This document shows positions 29,080-37,657 of a stretch of 64,000 nt of DNA, piece after piece. Position 1 is the stretch's first letter; the number at the start of each line of letters is the position of its first letter. Source of the DNA: an uncultured Acidobacteriota bacterium (GTDB lineage Bacteria > Acidobacteriota > Thermoanaerobaculia > Multivoradales > UBA5704). The notes below the pieces were generated by a model, which had not been told where the DNA came from, did no database searches, and saw only the letters and a program-made list of their open reading frames with translations. The DNA is taken from positions 1,536,001 through 1,600,000 of the forward strand of contig CAVYRF010000001.1 of NCBI GenBank assembly GCA_963770895.1. Reading direction: 5' to 3'. Both the position numbers and the translations under genes were made by a program.

Positions 29080-31048
29080 AGATGAGATGGACGACCGGCC
29101 GGCGGCGCCCGCACGGCGCGGTCCGCGATACTGCCTGCGCGGGCTGGTGCGGGGAAGGGAGCGCCGCTTCTTCCTGCTGCCGGGGATCAACCAGGTCGGC
29201 AGCCTGGCGAGCGGCGAAATCGTGCTGGCGGAGAAAGGCATCTCCCGCCGCCATGCCGCGATCGCCGTCGAGGGCGACAGCGTCACCCTGCGCGACCTGG
29301 GGAGCAAGAACGGGACGCTGCACAACGGGTTCGCCGCGGTCGAGGCGCACCTGGTCGCCGGCGACCAGGTGCAGCTCGGCGGGCGCGGCGGTGTGCAGCT
29401 CGAGCTCGAACGGCTGAGCGGCGCCGACGGCGAGCTGGCCATTCACTTCGGCAGGTCGGCGGCGATCCAGGGCGGGGAGGCGGCGGAGACCTCGCTGCTC
29501 GCCGGGAGGGCCGGCGAGCTGCTGGCCGCGGTCGACAGGCTGATCGACCAGCTGCAAGCGGCGGGGGAGGACGAATCGACCGCGACCGCCGCCGCCTTGC
29601 GCACGCTGGTCGCGGCGTGCGGCGCGACCGGGGCGATCGCCGGCAGCTGGGACGGAGTGGGCGAGCCCGTGGCGCTGGCGGCCTGCGGCGACGCCGCCGC
29701 GGCGAGCGCGGCGCCGGAACAGATGATGGCGGCCCTGGCGGCGATCCGCGAGTGCGCCGCCCACGATGTCCCTGGCGGGTCTGCCGGCGGTGCGATCTGG
29801 CGGGGTCTTGGCCCGCCGGCTGGTGGGGGTTCGGCGTGCGGCCGGCTGTCGTCGTCCGGCGGCGGCCTGCTCTACCTGGCGATCTTCGGCGCGATCGAAC
29901 ATGACAGCGGCGTGGCGCAAGGGCTGGCGCGGATCTTCCTGCAGCTGCTCGACCGTCGCCAGGTCGCGACCGGTGCGGTGGTGCAGGGGCCGGCCGCGTC
30001 GCCGGCTCGGCCGGGGCAGGCGGCAGGAGGACCAGAGCTGGTGCTGCCCGAGGGCTACGTGCGCAGCCAGTCGCCGGCCATGGAGCAGGTCTACACGGCG
30101 GTGGCCGAGCTTGCCGGGTCGGACCTGGGCCTGCTGATCGAAGGCGAGACCGGGGTCGGCAAGGAGTGCCTGGTCCGCATGCTGCACGCCTCGTCGCCGC
30201 GCGCCGGCGAGCCGTTCGTCGCCATCAACTGCGCGGCGATCCCGGCCGAGCTGCTGGAAGCGGAGCTGTTCGGCATCCGCAAGGGGGTGGCAACCGGCGT
30301 CGAAGAGCGGCGGGGCCGCTTCCAGCAGGCGGCTGGCGGCACGCTGTTCCTCGACGAGGTGGCCGACCTGCCGCCGGGCCTGCAGGGCAAGCTGTTGCGG
30401 GTGCTGCAGGAACGGATGGTCGAGCCGGTGGGCGGCACGCCGCGGCCGTTGCACGCGCGGATCGTCGCCGCGACCAACCGCCGCCTCGACGAGGAGGTGG
30501 CGCAGGGGCGTTTCCGCGCCGACCTGTACTACCGCATCGCCGGTTACGTGCTGCAGGTGCCGCCCTTGCGCGGCCGGCGCCAGGACATCCCGCTGCTGCT
30601 CGAAAGCCTGGCCTGGCGCGAGGCGAAGGCGGCCGGCAAGCGGCTCCATGGCGTCACGCTGAGCGCGCTCGGGGCGCTGGTCGCCTACTCCTGGCCGGGC
30701 AACGTCCGCGAGCTGGAGAACGAGGTGCGGAGCATGGTGCGCCGCTGCCCGGCGGGCGGCGCCATCGACTCGTCCATGCTCTCCGCCGCGGTGCTGCGCG
30801 GCGGTTCGCCGCGCGCCGCCGCCGCGCCGGGAGACCCGCAAGGAGAGCTGGACAGCGATCTGGATCTGGGGCTCCAGGGGGCGGTCGAGCGCCTGGAGCG
30901 GCGCTTGATCCTGCGCGCCATCGAGCGCACGGCGGGCAACCGTTCGCAGGCCGCGAGGCTTCTCGGCATCTCGCGCAACGGCCTGGCGGAGAAGATGGGG
31001 CGCCTGCGCATCACCTTGCGGTTGCAGGCCGGCGGTCAGGACGGCTGA
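29072..31048 (+). CDS. FHA-domain sigma54-dependent transcriptional activator (AAA+, Fis-type HTH)
   Basis: FHA 'ISRRHA..DLGSKNGT', Walker A GETGVGKE, 'EAELFG..KGVATGV', FLDEV, 'FRADLYYR', 'WPGNVRELEN' and HTH 'GNRSQAARLLGISR'. Overlaps the kinase stop. Confidence 0.95.
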   Translation: MGEDEMDDRPAAPARRGPRYCLRGLVRGRERRFFLLPGINQVGSLASGEIVLAEKGISRRHAAIAVEGDSVTLRDLGSKNGTLHNGFAAVEAHLVAGDQVQLGGRGGVQLELERLSGADGELAIHFGRSAAIQGGEAAETSLLAGRAGELLAAVDRLIDQLQAAGEDESTATAAALRTLVAACGATGAIAGSWDGVGEPVALAACGDAAAASAAPEQMMAALAAIRECAAHDVPGGSAGGAIWRGLGPPAGGGSACGRLSSSGGGLLYLAIFGAIEHDSGVAQGLARIFLQLLDRRQVATGAVVQGPAASPARPGQAAGGPELVLPEGYVRSQSPAMEQVYTAVAELAGSDLGLLIEGETGVGKECLVRMLHASSPRAGEPFVAINCAAIPAELLEAELFGIRKGVATGVEERRGRFQQAAGGTLFLDEVADLPPGLQGKLLRVLQERMVEPVGGTPRPLHARIVAATNRRLDEEVAQGRFRADLYYRIAGYVLQVPPLRGRRQDIPLLLESLAWREAKAAGKRLHGVTLSALGALVAYSWPGNVRELENEVRSMVRRCPAGGAIDSSMLSAAVLRGGSPRAAAAPGDPQGELDSDLDLGLQGAVERLERRLILRAIERTAGNRSQAARLLGISRNGLAEKMGRLRITLRLQAGGQDG

Positions 31049-32262
31049 GCCGCTGGTCGCTGCCAGCTGCCGGGGGGCGGTTCGATCAGGTCGATGCCGG
31101 GCGGGCCGCTGTCGATGCCGGACGTCAGGTTGACTGCCAGGCATGCCAGCGCGGCCTCGCCGCCGTACAGGCCGGCCAGCGGCCAATCCGCCCGATCGCA
31201 GAGCAGGGTCGATAGCGCCAAGTCCTGAGCCGCCTTGCGCCATGGCCCGCCGGCGTCCTGGCGGGCGAGCGGCAGCAGGGCGAAGGCGCAGCCGGCGGCG
31301 CCGCAGCACAGGTCTGCGTAGGCGGGAGGGTGGCGGATCACCAGCGCGCCGGCGGAGCGGGCCGCGGCAAGCAGCGACGAGTCCCCCAGGAGCTCGGCGG
31401 CGCGAGCGGCGAGGAAGGCAAAGCCGCTGAGCCCGCCACACAGCCGGGAGCACGAGGGCGCGTCGCCGGTCGAGCGCTGGTGGGCATCGAGCGCGGCGGC
31501 CACCAGGGAGGTCAGGGAAGGCGCGAACCACCTCGGGATGTCGCATCGGGCGGCGGCCGACCACAGGAGGATGGCGAGGAAGGCTCCGGCCGGACCGTGC
31601 GCCAGCCCTGGGCCACGCCCTTCCCAGGTCGTGGTTTCGCCGCCGCCCGCCGCGGGTCGTACGGCGCGTCGCATCAGGGCGGCGCAGAGCTCGGCGCCCA
31701 GGTCGAGCAACGCGGCGTCGCGCAGGTGGTCGAAGAGGATCGCGGTGGCTGCCAGGCACCCCGCGGTCCCCATGTACAGGTCTGCGGTGCCCTCGGCCGT
31801 GGTGCGGCACAGCTCGGCGAAGCGCGTCAAGGCACGCCGTCTGGTGCGGCGGTCGTCGCGGGAGTGAGCGACCAGGGCGCGAACCAGGTAGAGACCGGTA
31901 TGGCCGAAGAGGTAGGCGCCGCTGGATATGGCATCCGCCGACAGGGCGCGTTTGTCGACGAAAGCGAAGCGGTGGCGCTGGCCGGCAAGGGTGGCGCGGA
32001 TCCAACGCTCGGCCTCGCCAAGCAGCCAGTCGTCCTGCCGCAGGTAGCCGGCGTACCAGTGGGCATAGGCGATGCCCGCGGTGCCATAGGCAAGGTTGGC
32101 GTAGAAACCTTGCTGACGGCGGACGATATCGGACCACGACAGGTCCGCCATCGAATCCAGGTAGTCGTCGAGATAGGCGTGAAAGATCTCGGCTGTTGAC
32201 GTTGCGGCTGGACCGCCGCCGGAAGCGGTCGGCGCGTACGGAGCATCCGACGGCGGTCTCAC
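31036..32262 (-). CDS. lanC: Stand-alone LanC-like lanthionine cyclase
   Basis: Repeated GxxG loops (YGTAG, FGHTG, MGTAG, GLAHGPAG, LYGG). Zinc-site motifs LCGG and LCCG are retained. Confidence 0.85.
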   Translation of the reverse strand: MRPPSDAPYAPTASGGGPAATSTAEIFHAYLDDYLDSMADLSWSDIVRRQQGFYANLAYGTAGIAYAHWYAGYLRQDDWLLGEAERWIRATLAGQRHRFAFVDKRALSADAISSGAYLFGHTGLYLVRALVAHSRDDRRTRRRALTRFAELCRTTAEGTADLYMGTAGCLAATAILFDHLRDAALLDLGAELCAALMRRAVRPAAGGGETTTWEGRGPGLAHGPAGAFLAILLWSAAARCDIPRWFAPSLTSLVAAALDAHQRSTGDAPSCSRLCGGLSGFAFLAARAAELLGDSSLLAAARSAGALVIRHPPAYADLCCGAAGCAFALLPLARQDAGGPWRKAAQDLALSTLLCDRADWPLAGLYGGEAALACLAVNLTSGIDSGPPGIDLIEPPPGSWQRPAAQPS

Positions 32263-32271
32263 GGCACCGGC

Positions 32272-32463
32272 TCAGTATTGCGTCAGCGAGCAGAAAATCG
32301 TGTTGCACTGATTGAGGGTCGGGGTTTTGTTGCTCGAGCAGCCGGTGATCGACGGACACTGGGCGCCCGCCGCCACCTGCTGTAGCTCGCTCGACACCAA
32401 ACCGCGGACGGTCTCCTTGGAGAGCTGCAGGGTCTTGCCGGAGCGGGAGGAAAGTCGCTTCAT
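32272..32463 (-). CDS. lanA: Lanthipeptide precursor with LxLxKET-type leader
   Basis: Leader 'KTLQLSKETVRGL...LQQVAAG', core AQCPSITGCSSNKTPTLNQCNTIFCSLTQY (4 Cys, many Ser/Thr). AAGGAG RBS; ends 9 nt before lanC. Confidence 0.88.
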   Translation of the reverse strand: MKRLSSRSGKTLQLSKETVRGLVSSELQQVAAGAQCPSITGCSSNKTPTLNQCNTIFCSLTQY

Positions 32464-32557
32464 GGTGATTCTCCTTGTCGTCAGGCCGGCCCTCCATGGA
32501 CCGGCCGCTGTCCCCGAAACGAACGACCTTCGGGAAGCGCACGACAGTCCTCCTCAG

Positions 32558-32573
32558 AGCACATGGAATGCCG
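32558..32573 (-). promoter_or_regulatory. Candidate sigma54 (-24/-12) promoter for the lanA-lanC operon
   Basis: The minus strand reads cGGCAttccatgTGCt, an exact GG-N10-GC spacing about 95 nt upstream of the precursor ATG. A bEBP gene is adjacent. Confidence 0.6.
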
Positions 32574-32743
32574 CCCGGCGAGCCGCCGTGCTCGGCACCG
32601 CAAACCACAGAAAAAGAATGCTTTATGGCTCAGTCACAGGTTTGCGGGAGAGCCGGCGCCTGCGCAGTCCCTGGGCACCTGCCCACCGGGATGGCAGGCC
32701 GACCGCATTGCAGCACGCCGCGACAAATGATCGAATTGACCGG

Positions 32744-33601
32744 ATGACGGGACCATGGATAGCCCTCGTGCGCGTGACGGGCCGGCTCGCCCGCGGGGGC
32801 GGCTGGGGCCAGCGCCTCGCGCGGGCAGCGCGCTCCCTGCTGGTGACCGTGGCGGCGATTGCGGTGACGGGGGCCATGGCGGTCGCGTCGGCCGGGACTT
32901 CGGAGGCCGCGAACCCGTACCAGGAGCACTTTGTGCCGCATGCGCCGGGCAGGGGAGTGCTGTTGCCGCCGCCGCCGTCTCCGACACTGTTCCGCGGCGC
33001 CGACTTTCAGGCGGACGAGCTGGCCTTGCTCGAGAACGGCTACATGCTCCTGGGCGCTTCCAGCTTCGCGGACGGCGGCGGCGATGCGCGCCAGGCGGTC
33101 GAGCAGGGCAAGCGGGTGGGCGCGGCCGCGGTCGTCGTCTATGGCCGCGACTTCAAGGTCTTTCCGGGGCGGCCGCTGCCGTGGTGGCCCAACCTCCCGG
33201 AACCACCGCCGGCGGTGGGGGCCAGCGGTGCCGGCATCGGCGAATCGATGATCGCGGCACCTCCTGCCGCCGCCTTCGCCGCCGGGTATGCCGCCACGTA
33301 CTGGCGCAAGGTCGCCCCGACGATCTTCGGCGCGGTGCTGCGGGCGCTCGACCGCGACGAGATGGCGCGGTTGTCGCGCCGCACGGGCGCGGTGGTCGAA
33401 GCAGTCCGCGTGTGCACCTCCGCCCAGGCGGCCAACATCCTGCGCGGTGACGTCCTGGTGGCGATCGACGGCAAGCCGATCCAGGACGTCGCGGCGATCG
33501 ACCCGTACCTCGATTCGATCGCCGGCCGGAAGATCCACGTCGATCTGCTGCGCAACGGCCGGCCCCGCTCGATCGAGGTCCAGTTGAGCCAGCAGCCTTG
33601 A
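32744..33601 (+). CDS. Exported PDZ-domain protein
   Basis: Hydrophobic N-terminus; C-terminal 'GAVVEAV..SAQAANILRGDVLVAIDGKPI..LLRNG' PDZ pattern. Start uncertain. Confidence 0.75.
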   Translation: MTGPWIALVRVTGRLARGGGWGQRLARAARSLLVTVAAIAVTGAMAVASAGTSEAANPYQEHFVPHAPGRGVLLPPPPSPTLFRGADFQADELALLENGYMLLGASSFADGGGDARQAVEQGKRVGAAAVVVYGRDFKVFPGRPLPWWPNLPEPPPAVGASGAGIGESMIAAPPAAAFAAGYAATYWRKVAPTIFGAVLRALDRDEMARLSRRTGAVVEAVRVCTSAQAANILRGDVLVAIDGKPIQDVAAIDPYLDSIAGRKIHVDLLRNGRPRSIEVQLSQQP

Positions 33602-33611
33602 ACGCCCGCCG

Positions 33612-35507
33612 CTATTTGAAGTAGCCGGAGACGTCGATCAACAGTTGGGTGCTGGCTGTGCCGGTGGCGCTGTAGGAGGCCCACACGGCACCGAGCGGAT
33701 CGCCCGTGAGGTCGATGACGCCGTTGCCGGCCCGCAAGTCGCCGGCCTTGAAGTTGACGTTCGAAGAGACGTCGGCGATGCCGCTCGGCGCGACGCTGAT
33801 GAAGCCGTCGGCGCCCGGCGTCACCACGGTGACGTTGGCCGCCACCGCCTTGGCGTCGGCGGGCACGCCGCATTGGCCGGCGAGCTGGAAGGCGCGGCGG
33901 CCACCGGCGGCGATCGCCGGTCCGCCGAACGGCCCGGCGGCCTGGCGGGTGTCGACCACTCGGCAGGGCGGCAGGGTGAAAAAGTGGAGCGGCGCGGCAG
34001 CCGGGCCGTAGGCCCACAGGTTGGCGTTTTCGTCGCCGACGAAGAGGCGCCCATCGACCAGGATCGGGCTCTCCCAGTGCAGGCCCGAGGGGCTGGAATC
34101 GCTGAACAGCTGAGTGCCGGTGGTCGGGTCGAGCGCCTTGATGCCGCCGCTGCTGTTGTAGAACAGCATGCCGTTGGCCACCAGCGCCGAGCTGCCGCCT
34201 GGCCCCTGGTTCCATTGCGACACCAGGCTTGGGTTGCCCGAGCCGTCGACCGCCACCTTGAGGCCGGAGATGCCGCTGCCGTTGGCCACGAACACCCATA
34301 CGGAGCCGTCGACCGGGCTCACCCAGACGGCCGGCTGCGGCAGCGTTCCGCCGCCCTGCGGCACCGACATCTTCTGCAGTTCGCCGGCGACGTGCGCCGG
34401 TGCGCCGGCGCCGCTCATGTTGCTCAGGTTGATCAGCCGCAGCTGGCCATCCTTGCCGCTCTGCACGGCGAGGGGGTTGAACTTGCTGCCGGCGATCGGC
34501 GGCAGCAGCGCGGGCGAGGTGCTGCCGAGATCCGCATCGTCGTCCTGCAGCGTCTGGAATTCCGTCGGCGTATAGCTGTCGAGCGGCATGCCGCCGCCGC
34601 TGCCGGTGCCGTCGGGGTTGAGCGCGAGCACCGAATCGCCCCACAGGTGACCGCCGGAGTTGGCGTCGTAGGTGCCGTTGCTGGTGGTGAACAGGATGCG
34701 GTCCAGCTCGGTGCTGTAGAGCACCGCCGGGCGTCCCCACACCGCCGACTGCACGCCGCCCGAACAATCCGGCGAGCCGGGGCTCTCCACGAAGTGGACC
34801 GTCTGGTCGCTGCACATGACGTTGAACACGTTCTGCGTGCCGGTCGAAAGGTTGATCGCGGTGATGTGCCCCTGGTAGTCGCCGGCGTCCCCGGGATAGC
34901 CGCCGTGGGCGACGTAGAGGTACGGAGTGCCGCTGTTGGTCACCGCCACCGAGAGCGGCGGCGAGCACTTTTCCACGCTGGGCTTCAGCGTCACCAGCTG
35001 CGGCCAGCCGCCGGTGGTGATCTCCGTGCCGTTGCCCACCTGGTACTTGTGGACCTTGCCTTCCAAGCCGTAGGAGTACACGTACAGGCGGTTGGGATCG
35101 ATCGCCGGCGACGAGGTGGTGTAGTTGGGTCCGGTCGCCGGCTGATGCGACCAGACTGTCACGCCGGTCGCCGCGTCCAGCGCCAGGATGTGGCCGGCTT
35201 TCGTGGTGAAGAACAGCAGGTCCTTGGTGCCGCTTGCGGTCGCCACGCCGGTCAGGAAGACGGGAGGGCCGTCGGCGACCGCGGGCAACGTCACGTGGTA
35301 GAGCACGTGCAGGGTCGAGACGTTCCCCAGGTTGATGATGGTTTCCTGCTGGTTGTTGCCGTTGTGGCGAGAGTCGATGTTGAATTGCGGCCAGTCCGCG
35401 GCGCCGGCCGGTGGGGACAGGGCCAGGGCGGTCAGCACCGCCGCGATGGGAACCAGGTGCCATCGCCGGTACGGCCTTGGGTCGGTCGCTGGCGGAAGGG
35501 GTCTCAT
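33612..35507 (-). CDS. Secreted PQQ-binding-like beta-propeller protein with a C-terminal 'PCRVVDTR' domain
   Basis: Signal peptide then 'ADWPQFNIDSRHNG', 'ALDAATGVTVW', 'DADLGSTSP' and 'ALDPTTG'. C-terminal 'FFTLPPCRVVDTR..CGVPADAKAVAANVTVV..LIDVSGYF'. Confidence 0.85.
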   Translation of the reverse strand: MRPLPPATDPRPYRRWHLVPIAAVLTALALSPPAGAADWPQFNIDSRHNGNNQQETIINLGNVSTLHVLYHVTLPAVADGPPVFLTGVATASGTKDLLFFTTKAGHILALDAATGVTVWSHQPATGPNYTTSSPAIDPNRLYVYSYGLEGKVHKYQVGNGTEITTGGWPQLVTLKPSVEKCSPPLSVAVTNSGTPYLYVAHGGYPGDAGDYQGHITAINLSTGTQNVFNVMCSDQTVHFVESPGSPDCSGGVQSAVWGRPAVLYSTELDRILFTTSNGTYDANSGGHLWGDSVLALNPDGTGSGGGMPLDSYTPTEFQTLQDDDADLGSTSPALLPPIAGSKFNPLAVQSGKDGQLRLINLSNMSGAGAPAHVAGELQKMSVPQGGGTLPQPAVWVSPVDGSVWVFVANGSGISGLKVAVDGSGNPSLVSQWNQGPGGSSALVANGMLFYNSSGGIKALDPTTGTQLFSDSSPSGLHWESPILVDGRLFVGDENANLWAYGPAAAPLHFFTLPPCRVVDTRQAAGPFGGPAIAAGGRRAFQLAGQCGVPADAKAVAANVTVVTPGADGFISVAPSGIADVSSNVNFKAGDLRAGNGVIDLTGDPLGAVWASYSATGTASTQLLIDVSGYFK

Positions 35508-35558
35508 AGTCAGAGAATGATATTCTGAAATCAGGATCTGGGACAGGGGTATCACCCT

Positions 35559-37643
35559 ATGAAAACCGGTGGTCGTCTCGGGGGGCGGCAGCCGCGCGGC
35601 AGCGCGATGCTCGCAGGGCTTCTCTGGCTTTCCGTGCCGTTGAGCGCCGCGGCGGCCGCTGCGGCCACTTCCGCCCCGCCGCCCCCGCCAAACCCCGCGA
35701 GCGCCACGGACACCATCACCGTCACCGCGACGCGCACCGAGCGGCGCCTTGGCGACACCGCGGCCAGCGTCGTCGTCCTCGACCAGCGCGCGATCGCGGC
35801 GAGCGCTTCGCCGGCCATCGACGACATCCTGCGCCAGGTCCCCGGATTCAGCCTCTTCCGCCGCACCAGCAGCCCCTACGCAAACCCCACCACACAGGGA
35901 GTGTCGCTGCGCGGCCTGGCATCGAGCGGCGCTTCGCGGTCGGTGGTGATCGAGGATGGCGTGCGGCTCAACGATCCATTCGGCAGCTGGGTGTATTGGG
36001 GGCGCGTGCCGCTGGCGGCGGTCGAGCGGATGGAGGTGCTGCGCGGCGCGGCATCCGACCTCTACGGCAGCGGCGCGATGTCCGGCGTCATCCAGCTGGT
36101 GACGCGCGGCGCCGCCACCTCGCAGGCGCTGGCGGATGCGTCCTATGGCAGCGAGCGGACGGGCGACGCCTCGGCCTTCGCCGCCGCGCGGCACGGCGAC
36201 TGGCGGGCGACGGCGGCGGTCGAGTCGTTCGGCACCGGCGGCTACGTGGCGATCGCCCCCGACCTGCGGGGTCCGATCGACACCCCGGTGACCTCGACCT
36301 ACGAGAGCGGCCAGGGCACCGTCGAGCGCGTCGCCGAGGATTCCGGGCGGCTCTTCGTGCGCGGCGGCTACTACGGTGAATCGCGCGACAACGGCACGCC
36401 GCAGCAGGTCAACGATACCGAGATCCGGCAGTGGGTCGCGGGCGGCGATTGGCAGCCCTGGAACGGCACGCTCGCCATGCGCCTCGACGGCGCCAGCCAG
36501 GGTTTCTTCCAAACCTTCACGGCGGTCGCGCCGAACCGCGAGAGCGAGACCCTGACGCGCGCCGAATCGGTGCCCTCGCGCTCGCTCGGGTTCTCGGCGC
36601 AGGGCACGGCGGCGATCTCTCAAAACCAGGGGGTGGTCGCCGGCGCCGATCTCTCACAGGTGAATGCCACGACCGACGAGACAGCGTTTCTCGCCGCCGG
36701 CGGAGCGTCCCAGAGCGCGGTCGAGGCGCGCCAGCGCACCGGCGGCCTGTTTCTCGAAGACCTGGTGAGCGTGTCGTCACGGCTCGAGCTCAACGTCGGC
36801 CTGCGCGGCGACCTCTGGCGCAACAGCGCCGAGCAGAGCGGCGCCGCCGCGGCCGCACCGCCGGACCGCGAGCAGACGGCGTGGAGCCCGCGGCTGGGAG
36901 CGGTCGTGCGCGCCAGCGACGGCCTGCGGCTCACCGCCTCGGCGTACCGCGCCTTCCGCGCGCCGACCCTCAACGAGCTCTACCGCGGTTTCCGGGTTGG
37001 CAACGTGGTGACCGAGGCCAATCCAGACCTCAACTCCGAGCGGCTGACCGGCGCCGAGGCGGGAGCCCTGTGGAGCAGCTCGGCCGGCCGGGTGACGGCG
37101 CGCGCGGTCGCCTTCTGGATGGAGATCGACCGGCCGATCGCCAACGTCACGCTGGCAGAGACCCCCAGCCTGATCACCCGCGAGCGCGAGAACCTGGGCC
37201 GCACCCGCTCGCGCGGCATCGAGGCCGAGATCACCGCCCGCCTCGCCCCCGGCCTGACGCTCGCGGCGAGCGGCGCGCTGGACGACGCGACCGTGACGAG
37301 CTTCGCCGCCGAGCCGGCGCTGGTCGGCAAGCAGGTCCCCGAGGTGCCGCGCCAGAGCCTGAGCCTCGGATTGATCTACGAGCGCGACCGGGTGGCCACT
37401 TTCGCCGTCCAGGAGCGCTACGTCGGCCAGCAGTTCGACGACGACCTGAACCAGCTGCCGCTGCGCAGCTGGGCCGGCCTCGACGCCACCGCCACGCGGC
37501 CGCTGCCCCGCGGTTTCGCCGTTTTCGTGGCGGGTGAGAACCTGCTCGCCAACCGTGCCGAGGTGGCGCGCACGCCGCTGCTGACGCTGGGCGCGCCGCG
37601 CCTGTTGCGGGCCGGCGTGCGCTGGGCGCCTGCGAAGCTCTAG
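35559..37643 (+). CDS. TonB-dependent receptor
   Basis: Signal peptide, TonB box 'DTITVTATR', plug 'ERMEVLRGAASDLYGSGAMSGVI', 'AFRAPTLNELY' and 'GENLL'. Confidence 0.93.
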   Translation: MKTGGRLGGRQPRGSAMLAGLLWLSVPLSAAAAAAATSAPPPPPNPASATDTITVTATRTERRLGDTAASVVVLDQRAIAASASPAIDDILRQVPGFSLFRRTSSPYANPTTQGVSLRGLASSGASRSVVIEDGVRLNDPFGSWVYWGRVPLAAVERMEVLRGAASDLYGSGAMSGVIQLVTRGAATSQALADASYGSERTGDASAFAAARHGDWRATAAVESFGTGGYVAIAPDLRGPIDTPVTSTYESGQGTVERVAEDSGRLFVRGGYYGESRDNGTPQQVNDTEIRQWVAGGDWQPWNGTLAMRLDGASQGFFQTFTAVAPNRESETLTRAESVPSRSLGFSAQGTAAISQNQGVVAGADLSQVNATTDETAFLAAGGASQSAVEARQRTGGLFLEDLVSVSSRLELNVGLRGDLWRNSAEQSGAAAAAPPDREQTAWSPRLGAVVRASDGLRLTASAYRAFRAPTLNELYRGFRVGNVVTEANPDLNSERLTGAEAGALWSSSAGRVTARAVAFWMEIDRPIANVTLAETPSLITRERENLGRTRSRGIEAEITARLAPGLTLAASGALDDATVTSFAAEPALVGKQVPEVPRQSLSLGLIYERDRVATFAVQERYVGQQFDDDLNQLPLRSWAGLDATATRPLPRGFAVFVAGENLLANRAEVARTPLLTLGAPRLLRAGVRWAPAKL

Positions 37644-37657
37644 ACGTCAAGCGCCCC

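Noticed and set aside
25525-32608. Very long minus-strand ORFs 25525-29442 and 28175-32608
   Set aside because: Arg/Ala/Pro-rich shadows of the kinase, activator and LanC genes, expected in high-GC DNA; no motifs.
35508-36623. N-terminal extension of the 1003-aa ORF 33612-36623
   Set aside because: Antisense to the first TonB receptor; the real protein begins near 35507 with a signal peptide.
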